Positions 47,458-57,394 of a stretch of DNA of 58,200 nucleotides are shown here, in pieces; positions within the stretch are counted from its first letter, which is position 1, and the number at the start of each line of letters is the position of its first letter. Under the pieces are notes generated by a model. That model was given only the letters and a program-made list of their open reading frames with translations. It did not search any database and was not told where the DNA came from. The position numbers and the translations under genes were made by a program. The stretch comes from Candidatus Limnocylindrales bacterium (GTDB lineage Bacteria > Chloroflexota > Limnocylindria > Limnocylindrales > CSP1-4): positions 1-58,200 of the forward strand of contig JBKQRF010000108.1 of assembly GCA_052144055.1 (NCBI GenBank). The letters are read 5' to 3'.

Positions 47458-48210
47458 CTAAATCTCTCCGAGGTACGCCCGTCTGACATCGGGGTTTGCA
47501 GCGAGGCCGGCGGCCGTGTCCGCGAGCAAAACCTTGCCGGTCTGGAGGACGTACCCGCGATCGGCGACCGAGAGCGCCTGCAGCGCGTTCTGCTCCACGA
47601 GCAGGATGGTCGTTCCCTGCGAGTTGATTTCCCGAATGATGCTGAATATCTGTTGCACGAGGATCGGAGACAGGCCAAGCGATGGCTCGTCCAGGAGCAG
47701 GATCTTCGGCTCCGACATCAATGCCCGCCCGATCGCCAGCATCTGCTGTTCGCCACCGGACAGGGTGCCGCCCGTCTGCTTCGCACGTTCCTGCAGCCGC
47801 GGAAACAGTGTCCAGACGCGCTCCAGATGCTGTGCGAAGTGCGCGCGGGTCGTTGTGAACGCCCCCATCTGGAGGTTCTCCAGCACGGACATTCGGCTGA
47901 AGATGCGCCGGCCTTCGGGGGCTTGGCTAATGCCCTGTCGCACAAGCTGGTGGGCCGGAACGTGGGTGATGTCGCGACCGTCGAACCAGACTCGTCCCTC
48001 TTGAGGATGCAGGAGGCCGCTGATTGTCTTCAGCGTCGTGCTCTTGCCGGCCCCGTTGGCGCCGATGAGGGTGACGATCTCGCCCTGCTGAACGTCGAGG
48101 TCGATGCCCTTCAGCGCCTGGATCTTCCCGTAGAAGGTCTTGACGCCCTCGAGTTTGAGGAGAGTGGTCGCGGTGTCGGGAGCGGGGCGGGCCACAGCCA
48201 CCGCGGTCAT
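47458..48210 (-). CDS. livF: Branched-chain amino acid ABC transporter ATPase
   Basis: GANGAGKST, PEGRRIF, LSGGEQQML, LLLDEPSLGL and VEQN. Confidence 0.94.
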   Translation of the reverse strand: MTAVAVARPAPDTATTLLKLEGVKTFYGKIQALKGIDLDVQQGEIVTLIGANGAGKSTTLKTISGLLHPQEGRVWFDGRDITHVPAHQLVRQGISQAPEGRRIFSRMSVLENLQMGAFTTTRAHFAQHLERVWTLFPRLQERAKQTGGTLSGGEQQMLAIGRALMSEPKILLLDEPSLGLSPILVQQIFSIIREINSQGTTILLVEQNALQALSVADRGYVLQTGKVLLADTAAGLAANPDVRRAYLGEI

Positions 48211-49235
48211 GCGACCGCCGCCGTTCCAAGGTACGCCTCGATGACTTTGGGATCGCTTCGCACCTCCGCTGGCGTCCCCTCCGAGATCTTCTCGCCGTGG
48301 TCGAGGACGGTCACCCGATCGCTGATCCCCATGACTACACGCATGTCGTGCTCGATCAGGAGGATGGTCAGGCCCAGGTCCGATCGCAGGCGCCCGATGA
48401 GGGCGGTCATTTCGGCCGTCTCGACGGGATTCATGCCCGCCGTGGGCTCGTCGAGGAGGAGGAGCTTCGGCTTGGTGGCGAGGGCGCGCGCTACCTCCAA
48501 CCGGCGCTGGTCACCGTATGGCAGGTTCCGCGCCAACTCACCGTCGCGGCCAATCAGCCCCACGAATCGCAGCAGGCGGCCTGCTTCGCGGACGGCCTCG
48601 GCCTCCTCGAGCTGCTGCCGGCGCAGGCGCAAGACCGCGTCCACGGGACTGGAATGCAAGCGAGTATGCATGCCCACCTGCACGTTCTCGACCGCGGTCA
48701 TGTTGGCGAACAGACGGATGTTCTGGAACGTGCGCGCAATTCCTGCGATGACCATGTCGTTGGGCCGGGCGCTCTTGAACACGCGGATCCGCCCCAGGAG
48801 CCGGTCGTACCAGGCGGGCCGGATGACGGCCGTCAGCAGCATCGCGACCAGGGCCAGCAACGCGATCACTGCGAGCACCGCGAACTCGTTGTCGCTGATC
48901 CCGGCGGCGCGCGCGAGCAGCGCGATGACGCCGACGACGAGCGCCGGAAGGACCCACAGAAAAGGTTCAAGCCAGGCCCGTTCCGCTGGCGCGATCCGGC
49001 GTCGTCCCAGGAACTCCACGCTGCCGGAAGTGGGATCGCTCAGTCCGGCAACGACGTTGAAGAACGTCGTCTTGCCCGCGCCGTTAGGGCCAATGAGGCT
49101 GACGATCGCACCCTCGGGGATGTCGAAATCGACGTCCCGGACGGCGACCAAGCCGCCGAACTGCTTGGTGACGCGTCTGGCCCGAAGGACGTACGAGCGC
49201 GTCTCCTGCGGCGATGTGTCAGGCAGGCCGCTCAT
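48207..49235 (-). CDS. livG: Branched-chain amino acid ABC transporter ATPase with an internal hydrophobic insertion
   Basis: GPNGAGKTT, ARTFQNIRLF, LPYGDQRRLE, DEPTAG and IEHDM. About 75 aa are inserted after the Walker A region. Confidence 0.92.
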   Translation of the reverse strand: MSGLPDTSPQETRSYVLRARRVTKQFGGLVAVRDVDFDIPEGAIVSLIGPNGAGKTTFFNVVAGLSDPTSGSVEFLGRRRIAPAERAWLEPFLWVLPALVVGVIALLARAAGISDNEFAVLAVIALLALVAMLLTAVIRPAWYDRLLGRIRVFKSARPNDMVIAGIARTFQNIRLFANMTAVENVQVGMHTRLHSSPVDAVLRLRRQQLEEAEAVREAGRLLRFVGLIGRDGELARNLPYGDQRRLEVARALATKPKLLLLDEPTAGMNPVETAEMTALIGRLRSDLGLTILLIEHDMRVVMGISDRVTVLDHGEKISEGTPAEVRSDPKVIEAYLGTAAVA

Positions 49236-50356
49236 TCGGGAGCCACGTCCGGGACGGCCGCCTCCACGCCGGCCTCGTGGAGCTCAGCGCGCCGCCGGCG
49301 GCTCGGGAAGAGACCTTCCGGCCGGCTCAGCATCATCAGGACCAGCACCAGACCGTAGATGAGGAACTGGTAGTTCAGGAAGTTGATGCTCGATAGGACC
49401 GGAATATTGAGTGGCCCCAGAAACGAGTTCAACTGTTTCAGGCCCTGTGTTTGCAGTTCGAAGACCAGGAACGCGCCGACGGCCACGCCCCAGATGTTTC
49501 CCATGCCCCCCAGGACCACCATGGCGAGAATCGTGAACGAGGTGTCGAAGTGGAAGGAATCGGTGCTGACGAGTGTGACCTTCGAGGCCAGAAACACGCC
49601 TGCGAACCCGGAGGTCGACGCGCCGATCGCGAAGGCGAGCAGCTTCGTCGTGACCGTGTTGATCCCCATGCTGGCCGCGGCCAGTTCGTCCTCACGGATC
49701 GCCATCCAGGCCCGGCCCAGCCGCGAGTCCTGCAGGCGATACACGAAGATCATCACCAGGGCGAGGATCACCGCCATGGTGAGGTAGTACGGCCAGGGGT
49801 CGCCGATGGGGTAGGTGTAGTTGAGCAGCGACGGTGTGTAGACGCCGCCGATCCCGTTTACGCCCTCCGTGTACTTGCTCGACTGCAGGAAGACGACCGG
49901 CACGATCTCCCCGAACCCGAGCGTCACGATAGCCAGGTAGTCGCCGCGCAGGCGCAGCGTGGGAGCCCCGAGCAGGAGTCCGAACGTCCCCGCGACGAGG
50001 GCGCCGACGAGCAGCATCGGCCAGAACGGCAGATGCAGTCCCGAGAAGGGCGAGTCGGCCAAGGCGTAGGTGTAGGCGCCGATGGCGAAGAACGCCGCGT
50101 AGCCGAGGTCGAGCAGTCCAGACAGGCCGACGACGACATTCAGGCCGATTGCTAGCAGCACGAACACGCCCGCGTTGGCGAACCCGTCGACCCAGTCTAG
50201 CTGAGTGCCGAACCCGCTGAACGGCGGGAGCAGGATGAGGTACGGCAGCACTACGCCGGCGAGCGCGACCCCCGCGATGATCGACAAAGACTGGTGGCGG
50301 CCGAACCAGCCGCGCACCGGCGCCAGTCGCGAGCTCGCCCGCGCCCTCGCGTTCAT
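49232..50356 (-). CDS. livM: Branched-chain amino acid ABC transporter permease
   Basis: GLNVVVG..GLLDLGYAAF, LRLRGDYLAIVTLGFGEI and AIREDELAA. Confidence 0.93.
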   Translation of the reverse strand: MNARARASSRLAPVRGWFGRHQSLSIIAGVALAGVVLPYLILLPPFSGFGTQLDWVDGFANAGVFVLLAIGLNVVVGLSGLLDLGYAAFFAIGAYTYALADSPFSGLHLPFWPMLLVGALVAGTFGLLLGAPTLRLRGDYLAIVTLGFGEIVPVVFLQSSKYTEGVNGIGGVYTPSLLNYTYPIGDPWPYYLTMAVILALVMIFVYRLQDSRLGRAWMAIREDELAAASMGINTVTTKLLAFAIGASTSGFAGVFLASKVTLVSTDSFHFDTSFTILAMVVLGGMGNIWGVAVGAFLVFELQTQGLKQLNSFLGPLNIPVLSSINFLNYQFLIYGLVLVLMMLSRPEGLFPSRRRRAELHEAGVEAAVPDVAPE

Positions 50357-51276
50357 GCTCGCTCCGGGGTCTGCTGACCGAGGAGGCCCGTCGGTCGGAA
50401 CACGAGGACGAGGATCAGGATGCCGAAGACGATCGCCTCGCTCCAGTTGCTGTATCCGGCTTGCGTGGCGAAGACTTCGATGAACCCGATCACGAAGCCT
50501 CCGAGCGCCGCACCGGTCGTGTTCCCGATCCCGCCGATGACGGCGGCCGTGAACGCCTTGAGGCCCGCCTCGAACCCCACGTTGAACACGGTGTTCCCGA
50601 AATAGAGGCCCTGCACGACGCCGGCGGCTCCGGCGAGTGCGGACCCGATGAAGAACGTGAGGGCGATGGTGGTATTGATGTCCACGCCCATCAGCTGGGC
50701 CGCCTCGCGATCCTGCGCCGTGGAGCGCATGGCACGCCCGAGGTTCGTGCGCGTGACGAAGAACTGCAGGGCGCCCATCAGCGCCAACGTCAGGGCCAGG
50801 ATGAACATGCTGGTGTACTTCACCGACACGCCGCCGACCACGACCGCCGACTGGATGTTGATCAGCTGTGGCACGCCCACGGGTGCCGAGCCGAAGAGGA
50901 TCTGGGCGATGTTCTCCAGGATGAACGAGACGCCGATCGCGGTGATGAGCGGTGCCAGCCGTGGGGCGTGCCGCAGCGGGCGGTAGGCGAACCGTTCGAT
51001 GACTACTCCAAGGGAGCCCATGACCAGCATCGACACAAGGAAGGTCGCCAGCAGCACGAGCGCAAACTCGATGGGATTGCTGATGGCGCCGGTGATGCCG
51101 AGCGTCGTCAGCATGTAGTAGGACACGAACGAGCCCATCATGAAAACGTCGCCGTGGGCGAAGTTGATCAGCTCGATGATCCCGTAGACCATCGTGTAGC
51201 CGAGGGCGATCAGCGCGTAAATCGCGCCCAGTGTCAACGCGTTGACCGTCTGTTGCGCGAGGAGGGTCAGATCCAA
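50353..51276 (-). CDS. livH: Branched-chain amino acid ABC transporter permease
   Basis: YALIALGYTMVYG..INFAHG, GLKAFTAAVIGGIG and RPTGLLG. Confidence 0.94.
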   Translation of the reverse strand: MDLTLLAQQTVNALTLGAIYALIALGYTMVYGIIELINFAHGDVFMMGSFVSYYMLTTLGITGAISNPIEFALVLLATFLVSMLVMGSLGVVIERFAYRPLRHAPRLAPLITAIGVSFILENIAQILFGSAPVGVPQLINIQSAVVVGGVSVKYTSMFILALTLALMGALQFFVTRTNLGRAMRSTAQDREAAQLMGVDINTTIALTFFIGSALAGAAGVVQGLYFGNTVFNVGFEAGLKAFTAAVIGGIGNTTGAALGGFVIGFIEVFATQAGYSNWSEAIVFGILILVLVFRPTGLLGQQTPERA

Positions 51277-51317
51277 GCCGAGCTCCGTCCTGGCGTGTCA
51301 GGGCTCCCGGGATGGAG

Positions 51318-51350
51318 GCAACCGGGGGACGGATCCCGCCCCCCGGTTGC
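51318..51350. terminator. Strong stem-loop between livK and livH (partial terminator or mRNA stabiliser)
   Basis: Perfect 11-bp stem GCAACCGGGGG/CCCCCGGTTGC. Confidence 0.55.
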
Positions 51351-51377
51351 GCTCACTCATTGGGCCTCGGAGTGCTG

Positions 51378-52685
51378 CTAGCTGCCGCTCGGCGCGGGGC
51401 TGGACGTGCCACCCGCCGACTGGCCGAAATCGACCTGCTTGACGAACAGCCAGTCCCCGCCGTTGAGGGTCGGGTCGAACTTGTACTCGCTGATGATCTT
51501 CTGGCTGGTGTCGCCGTTCGCGTCGAAGTGCAGCGTGCCAAGGACCGTGGTGAACGTGGCGCCGCTCGTGATGTACTCGCGGATGCCGGCGCGGTCAGGT
51601 TTGCCGACGCTCTTGAAGGCGTCGAGGATGATCTGCGTGCAGGCGTAGGCGGCGGCGCTGTAGGCGCCCGGGCTCTTCGTGCCGTACGCGGCGTCGTACT
51701 TCGCGGCGAACGCGCCCGCGTTCGGAATGTTATGCGCAGCCGCAACCGTGCTCCAGGTGTTCGCGTCGCCCTGGGGGCCGGCCAGATTGAGGAACGAGCT
51801 CGCCGTCGCGGCCGAGCCGTCGTTGATGCCGTCGCCGCCGACGAAGGGGATGTTGGCCATGCCCTGCGCGACCATCTGCTTGCGGAACAGTCCGCCGCCC
51901 CCCGTCGTGACGCCACCGTAGTAGACGAGGTCGGGGTTGAGCGCCTTGGCGGCGGTCAGGAGGCCGGTGTAGTCGGTGGTGCTGGAGCTGGTTTCGTCAT
52001 GCTTGACGACGGTGCCGCCCATCGCAGTGAAGTCGGTGACGAAGACGCCGGCGAGGCCGGCGCCGTAGGTCGTGGTGTCGTCCACGACGTAGGCGCGACG
52101 CGCGCCGATGTCCTGATACGCGATCTGCGCGCCGGCCAGGCCCTGGTAGTCGTCGGTCGAGGCGACGCGCACATAGGCGATCTGGTTGGGATGGGTGGGC
52201 CGAAGCGTCGTCGGGCTGATGCCGCCCCATTCCTTCGTCAGGCCCGGGTTCGTGTTCGCCGGGCTGCACTGCAGCAGGCCCGCGGCGTTGCTGATCGGGA
52301 TCTCCGCCTTGGCCACGGCGGAGTTAAAGGGGCCGACCACGGCGACGACCGAGGAGTCGTCGACGAGCGTGGTGATGTTCTTGGCGCCCTGCTGCGGGTT
52401 GTTGACGCCGTTGACGGCGTCGTCCTGCGAGTTGACACCGAACTTGTAGCCGTCGATACCGCCGGCCGCGTTGATGTCGGCGACGGCGAGCTTCACGCCG
52501 TTGAGGGTCGGCACGCCGTTCGGCGCCTCTCCCCCGGACATCGGCAGCTCGACTCCGATGTTCACGATCTGGCCATTACCGCCGGCCGCCTTGCTGGCTG
52601 CCGGCGCCGATGTCGCCGACGAACTGCACGCCGCGGCGACGAGCAGTGTCGTGACGGCGAGCGCGCCGATTCGTCTAGTCTGCAT
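51378..52685 (-). CDS. livK: Branched-chain amino acid ABC transporter substrate-binding lipoprotein
   Basis: Lipobox VAAC, IG..PMSG, INAAGGI.G, GPFNS and YG.GLA. Confidence 0.9.
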   Translation of the reverse strand: MQTRRIGALAVTTLLVAAACSSSATSAPAASKAAGGNGQIVNIGVELPMSGGEAPNGVPTLNGVKLAVADINAAGGIDGYKFGVNSQDDAVNGVNNPQQGAKNITTLVDDSSVVAVVGPFNSAVAKAEIPISNAAGLLQCSPANTNPGLTKEWGGISPTTLRPTHPNQIAYVRVASTDDYQGLAGAQIAYQDIGARRAYVVDDTTTYGAGLAGVFVTDFTAMGGTVVKHDETSSSTTDYTGLLTAAKALNPDLVYYGGVTTGGGGLFRKQMVAQGMANIPFVGGDGINDGSAATASSFLNLAGPQGDANTWSTVAAAHNIPNAGAFAAKYDAAYGTKSPGAYSAAAYACTQIILDAFKSVGKPDRAGIREYITSGATFTTVLGTLHFDANGDTSQKIISEYKFDPTLNGGDWLFVKQVDFGQSAGGTSSPAPSGS

Positions 52686-53088
52686 AGAAGTGCAGTCTCC
52701 TCCTCCAAAGCTGCCGCTTCCGAACGGTCAACCAACGGTGGGTGGCTGCGGGACCTCAATGGCGGGATCGTCGCGGCGATGCGTAGGACCCGGAGCCATC
52801 GGCCCTGCCGGCCACCCCTCGTGGTCGATGGGCGTGGAGTGCTCCCGTGAAGACCGCGCGTGACGACTGGCCCGCCAAGGCATCGCTGCCATTCGCCGGT
52901 GGGTTAGCGTATGATAGTGAATGGCGCCTCAAATGCAAGCTCGAGCGCCCCGGGCGTGTGCGGCCGGCCGACAGGCACGACCCCACCCGGTGCGGCGCGC
53001 TCGTGCACAGGATCGACTCTGCAACGGCCGATGACCCGGTCATCGTCGCGAGGCGCCGTCGGCTCGACTCGAGGTATCGCTCGCCATC

Positions 53089-53550
53089 GTGCAGTACCAG
53101 GTCCGCACAGCCCGGATCACGGACGTTGACCGCATCGTCTCGATGCTCGACGCCGTGGCCCGGCGGCCAGACGGCGACCGCGCGTCGCTCGGGTCGGCCG
53201 ATCTGCTCCGGCAGCTCGTCAACCTGCCGCATGCGGTTGTGGTCGTCGCGGAATCGGGGCGTCGGCTCGTCGGCGCCGGCGTGCTCGCACTGCACCCCAG
53301 CGTATCTCTTGGAGGGTTCGTAGGCACCGTCGACGTGTTGATCGTCGATCCGGCCTCGCCGTCGCTCGCCGTCCGGCAGGTACTCCTCGAGGAGCTGCTC
53401 AAGTCTGGACGGAACAAGGGCTGCGTCGCCGTCGAGGCGGCACCACCGAACGATCCGGCGGAGCGGGAACGCTGGACCGAGACCGGCTTCGTCGAAGCCG
53501 GACCCCGCATGGTCCGGAGCCTCGCGCCTGTTGGCGCGCCCCCGGAATGA
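53089..53550 (+). CDS. GNAT-fold protein
   Basis: VRTARITD, VVVAESGRRLVG, VDVLIVDP and W...GF. The acetyl-CoA R/QxxGxG motif is degenerate. Confidence 0.6.
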   Translation: MQYQVRTARITDVDRIVSMLDAVARRPDGDRASLGSADLLRQLVNLPHAVVVVAESGRRLVGAGVLALHPSVSLGGFVGTVDVLIVDPASPSLAVRQVLLEELLKSGRNKGCVAVEAAPPNDPAERERWTETGFVEAGPRMVRSLAPVGAPPE

Positions 53551-53623
53551 CCCATCCACCGGTGCCCGCGGGCACCGGCACCCGGCCCGCGGGAGCGGGA
53601 CCGGAACCGAACAGGAGACTTGC

Positions 53624-55669
53624 GTGAGCAAGAACGTCGCCGTTTTCGTCGACGTGGCGAACATCTTCTACGCGGCCAAGGCGGCCGGCGTGGATATCGA
53701 CTACGTCACGCTGCTCAAGACGGCTAGCGCCGGACGGGATCTCGTCCGCGCGTACGCGTACACGGGGCTCGACCCCGAGAACGAGAACCAGCGCCAGTTC
53801 CACGCCTTCCTGGCGCGGAACGGCTACAAGGTCGTCAGCAAGGACATCCGCAAGTACGGCGACGGCAAGGTCAAGGCCAACCTCGACATCGAGCTCGTGG
53901 TCGACCTCATGCGAACGTCCCGCAACCTGGACATCGCCGTGGTGGTGTCGGGGGACGGTGACTTCGCGCCCGCCATCCGGGCAGTCCAGCAGACCGGGAC
54001 CCGCGTCGAGGTAATCAGCTTCCGCGGCAACACGAGCTCGGACCTCATCGACGTGGCCGACGTCTTCACCGATATCACGCAGATCGCGCGCGTCGAGCGG
54101 TCCTCGCGGAGCGGCAGGCGGGTCGCGGCGGAGGAAGAGGACCTCTCGATGACGGAGGTGCCGGACAAGGAGACCGAAGGAGCGTCCCGCCGCCGGCGCG
54201 GCCGGCATGGCGAGGGGCGCGAGGAGGTTCGCCGCGACGATCGCCATGGCGAACGGCGAGAGCGCGCGGTTCCGGCGCTGCCGGTTGCACAGGCCGTCCC
54301 CGCCGGGATACCGATAGTGGTCCTCCCCGGCGAGAAGCTCAGCAAGGTGGCGGCGATTGTTCGGCCGCCGATCGAGGAGGAGGTTGCGGGAGCAGCGCTT
54401 GCCGAAGAGCCCGAGGTCGTCGAGGGGATCGTGATCGAGGCGTCCGACGCGGAGGGCCTGGAAGCCGGTCACCGGCGCCGGCGTCGGCGCGGAGGCCGTG
54501 GGCGAGGTCGCGGTCGCGGCCACGAGGCCGAGGTGGTGGAGACCGGGTCGGTCGCTGACGAGGCCGAGGCGGAGGCTGAGGAAGAGCTCGAGGTCGAGGC
54601 GCCGCGCGTGCCGCAGCACTCGACGTTCGGGTCTGTTTGGGATAGCCAGCTCGGCATGCCGACGGCTCCGGTCGGGTCGGCGCAGGATGTGGACGAGGAA
54701 GAACTGGAAGAGCCGGAGATCCCGGAATACCTGCTGGCAGAACGGCGGCAGCGCGGAGCGCCGCGCGGTGGCCGTCCGGTGAGCGTCGGTCGAAGTGGTC
54801 GCGGTCGCGGCTCGTACCAGCAGGCAGTGGAGCGAGAACGGTACGGCCGTGGTGCTCCGGCCGGTGGTCGGGGGCCGCGTGTCCCCGAGCGTGGACCGCG
54901 CCCGCAGTTCGATAGACCGGCGCGCAACAACCGGCCGGCGCGCGAGCCGCAGGCCGAGGAGCGTCAAGCCAGCACAGCGGAGCCGTGGAGCGAGGTGCCG
55001 GCTGATGTCGCCGAACTGCTTCGCGCCGAGATGGCGCGCCGCGGTGGTGCACGACCCGAACAGCCGGGCCGTCAGGGCCCATCCACCCAGCCGCAGCAGA
55101 CGCTTGGCGCCGAGGCTGAGCGCGCCTCGAGCGTATCGGATGGCGAGACTGGCGAGGGTCCGACCCCGGGCGCTCAAGCATCGGGCGCTTCGGCGCGCAG
55201 CACGCGGGCTCGGGGCGGAGGCGGCCACGCCCGAGCCGAGTCTGAGCCCGTCTCGGAAGCCGGCGCCGCTGACGAGGCAGACGCGGCCCCACGTCCCAGG
55301 ACGCGGCGGACTCGACCCACAATCCCTGTGCGTGAGACGGCAGCCGCCGAAGAGGCCGCCACCAACGTCGCGCCGGCACGTGGCCGGGCTCGGGCCGGTG
55401 CCGGCCCGGCCAAAGCGGTTACCGCTGGCGAGGAGCCGGTGGTAACACCGGCTCGTACGCGGGCCCGTCGATCCCCTGCGACGGCTGGGACGTCCACAAG
55501 CGCGCCGGAAATCGTCTCGGCGGCCGCCGGCGACGAGTCGGCCGCGCCGCGGAAGCGGACGCGCCGTGTCGGACCCGCCAGCGGAGGGGAGGGGCAGGCC
55601 AGCGTCGCTGACGCGTCGTCGCCCGCGCCTCGTCGGGCCCGCCGCACCCCGGCGGCGCCAGAAGCCTGA
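53624..55669 (+). CDS. NYN (LabA/DUF88, PIN-like) nuclease domain with a ~500-aa low-complexity tail
   Basis: VFVDVANI, KANLDIELVVD, SGDGDF.P and S.DLIDVAD.F. AGGAG RBS. Confidence 0.88.
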   Translation: MSKNVAVFVDVANIFYAAKAAGVDIDYVTLLKTASAGRDLVRAYAYTGLDPENENQRQFHAFLARNGYKVVSKDIRKYGDGKVKANLDIELVVDLMRTSRNLDIAVVVSGDGDFAPAIRAVQQTGTRVEVISFRGNTSSDLIDVADVFTDITQIARVERSSRSGRRVAAEEEDLSMTEVPDKETEGASRRRRGRHGEGREEVRRDDRHGERRERAVPALPVAQAVPAGIPIVVLPGEKLSKVAAIVRPPIEEEVAGAALAEEPEVVEGIVIEASDAEGLEAGHRRRRRRGGRGRGRGRGHEAEVVETGSVADEAEAEAEEELEVEAPRVPQHSTFGSVWDSQLGMPTAPVGSAQDVDEEELEEPEIPEYLLAERRQRGAPRGGRPVSVGRSGRGRGSYQQAVERERYGRGAPAGGRGPRVPERGPRPQFDRPARNNRPAREPQAEERQASTAEPWSEVPADVAELLRAEMARRGGARPEQPGRQGPSTQPQQTLGAEAERASSVSDGETGEGPTPGAQASGASARSTRARGGGGHARAESEPVSEAGAADEADAAPRPRTRRTRPTIPVRETAAAEEAATNVAPARGRARAGAGPAKAVTAGEEPVVTPARTRARRSPATAGTSTSAPEIVSAAAGDESAAPRKRTRRVGPASGGEGQASVADASSPAPRRARRTPAAPEA

Positions 55670-55677
55670 TTCTCGCC

Positions 55678-56886
55678 GTGGGTGCCTGGCGCACGCGCGG
55701 CCAGCCCGTCCCCCTGGCGGCCGTCGCGAGGATGGCATCCACGGACGATGTCCCGGGCGCCCTCCTGCTCTCCGGCCCCCCGGGGAGTGGCAAGACCACG
55801 CTCGCGCTCGACCTGGCGGCGGCGCTGCTCTGCGCCGCCGCCGATCCCGCCGACCGTCCATGCCGGTCATGTGCGTCATGCCGGCGAGTCGAACATGGCA
55901 GCCATCCCGACCTGCACCGTGTGTCGCCGTCCGGCGCGGGCCGGCAGATCCGCATCGGCGAACGCGCTGCACCGGAGCCGGGCACCGTCCGTGCGCTGGT
56001 CCGCGAGATGGCGCTCTCCCCTATGGAAGGCGCGTGGCGCGTCGCGATCGTGGAGGACGCCGAGCGCATGAACGAGGATGCCCAGAACGCGCTCCTCAAA
56101 CTCCTCGAGGAGCCGCCGCCGCGCACGGTGCTTGTGCTCTGCGCGAGCGACGACGAGGCGCTTCTTCCCACGATCCGATCGCGCTGCGCTCGGCTCCGTC
56201 TCGCCGCAGTACCCGTCGCGGAGATCGCCGCGCTGCTCGAGGACGAAGGAGGTCTCGACCCTGTGCGTGCCGGAGCGCTCGCCCGGCTGTCCCGGGGTCG
56301 ACCGGGACTCGCCCGCGCGTTTGCCCGATCGCCCGAGGCGGTGATCCTGCACGACCGGCTGCTCCGCGAGCTGCTCGACCTCGTGGGTCGGGGGAGAGCG
56401 GAGCGGCTGGCAGCGGCGTCCGAGCTGCTCGCCTCGGCCGACCGGCTCGAAGCACTGCTCGCCGCGGACGCACCCGCAAACGCGGGCACGATGGCGGAAG
56501 ACGGAGGTGCCGTGGTCGACCAGGGGGCGCCGGGGCGGAGCCGGCGGCCACCGGCGCAACCGGACGCGTCCGACGAGACAGGCGGCGAACCTCGCGGTGA
56601 CCGGCAGTCGCCCAGTGCCCGCCGCCGCGCCCTGCTCGCGCTCGGCACGCTGTGGCGCAGTCTGGCGCGGGACCTCGTCCTCGCACGGCACGGCGGCAGG
56701 GCGGAGCTCCGTCACGTGGACTTGCTGGAGGAACTCATCGCTGCCTCCGCCTCACTTCCCGGCGGGTCCGTGGAGCGGTTCCTGCTCCGCCTCGACGTCG
56801 TGCTCGGAGCGGCCGAGCAGAATGCCAACCCGGAGCTCGCGCTCGACGTCCTGCTTATTGCGTGGCCGTCCCTGGAGGCGGCCTGA
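55678..56886 (+). CDS. holB: DNA polymerase III delta' subunit
   Basis: GPPGSGKT, Zn module C..CRSCASC, HPDL, AQNALLKLLEEPP and LPTIRSRC. Confidence 0.88.
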   Translation: MGAWRTRGQPVPLAAVARMASTDDVPGALLLSGPPGSGKTTLALDLAAALLCAAADPADRPCRSCASCRRVEHGSHPDLHRVSPSGAGRQIRIGERAAPEPGTVRALVREMALSPMEGAWRVAIVEDAERMNEDAQNALLKLLEEPPPRTVLVLCASDDEALLPTIRSRCARLRLAAVPVAEIAALLEDEGGLDPVRAGALARLSRGRPGLARAFARSPEAVILHDRLLRELLDLVGRGRAERLAAASELLASADRLEALLAADAPANAGTMAEDGGAVVDQGAPGRSRRPPAQPDASDETGGEPRGDRQSPSARRRALLALGTLWRSLARDLVLARHGGRAELRHVDLLEELIAASASLPGGSVERFLLRLDVVLGAAEQNANPELALDVLLIAWPSLEAA

Positions 56887-57221
56887 TGGCGATCGGACGG
56901 ACCGAAGACCAGGCTGACGGCCCTGCGCCAACGCGGGCCGTCGAGGCCACAGTGCGAGGCGTCGTCCAGGGCGTCGGGTTCCGATGGTTTGCGTCCCGGG
57001 AGGCCAACCGGGCAGGCGTCGCCGGATGGGTCGCCAACCAGGCAGACGGGTCAGTGTTCGTCGTCGCCGAGGGCGAAGCGGCAGCCGTCGAAGCCTTCCT
57101 CGCCGCGCTGCGTGAGGGGCCGCCGGGAGCCTCTGTCTCGTCGGTCGAGGTCAGCGAGCGGATGGCCACCGGAGCCTCCGGCGGATTCGGGATCCGCTCT
57201 GGCGCCCATCGCGGCGACTAG
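56886..57221 (+). CDS. acyP: Acylphosphatase
   Basis: VRGVVQGVGFR and GWVANQADGSV..AEG. TGATG overlap with holB. Confidence 0.92.
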   Translation: MAIGRTEDQADGPAPTRAVEATVRGVVQGVGFRWFASREANRAGVAGWVANQADGSVFVVAEGEAAAVEAFLAALREGPPGASVSSVEVSERMATGASGGFGIRSGAHRGD

Positions 57222-57394
57222 CAGCAAAGGGTGACGGCCGCAACCGATTGGCTGTGGGGAGGGGCGGACTCGACGGACCGGCCGACCTCCGCTGCCACCG
57301 CGACATGGCCGCGCGGGGCCCGCCCCGGGTGCCGGTCCCTTCGAAGACGCACCACGCGCTAGGCTGGGCGCGGCACGCATGACGGAGGTGCACC

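Noticed and set aside
52686-53088. 400-bp livK-GNAT intergenic region as a riboswitch or small gene
   Set aside because: Only divergent -10-like hexamers (TATGAT/TATCAT near 52910) were seen; no recognisable RNA family.
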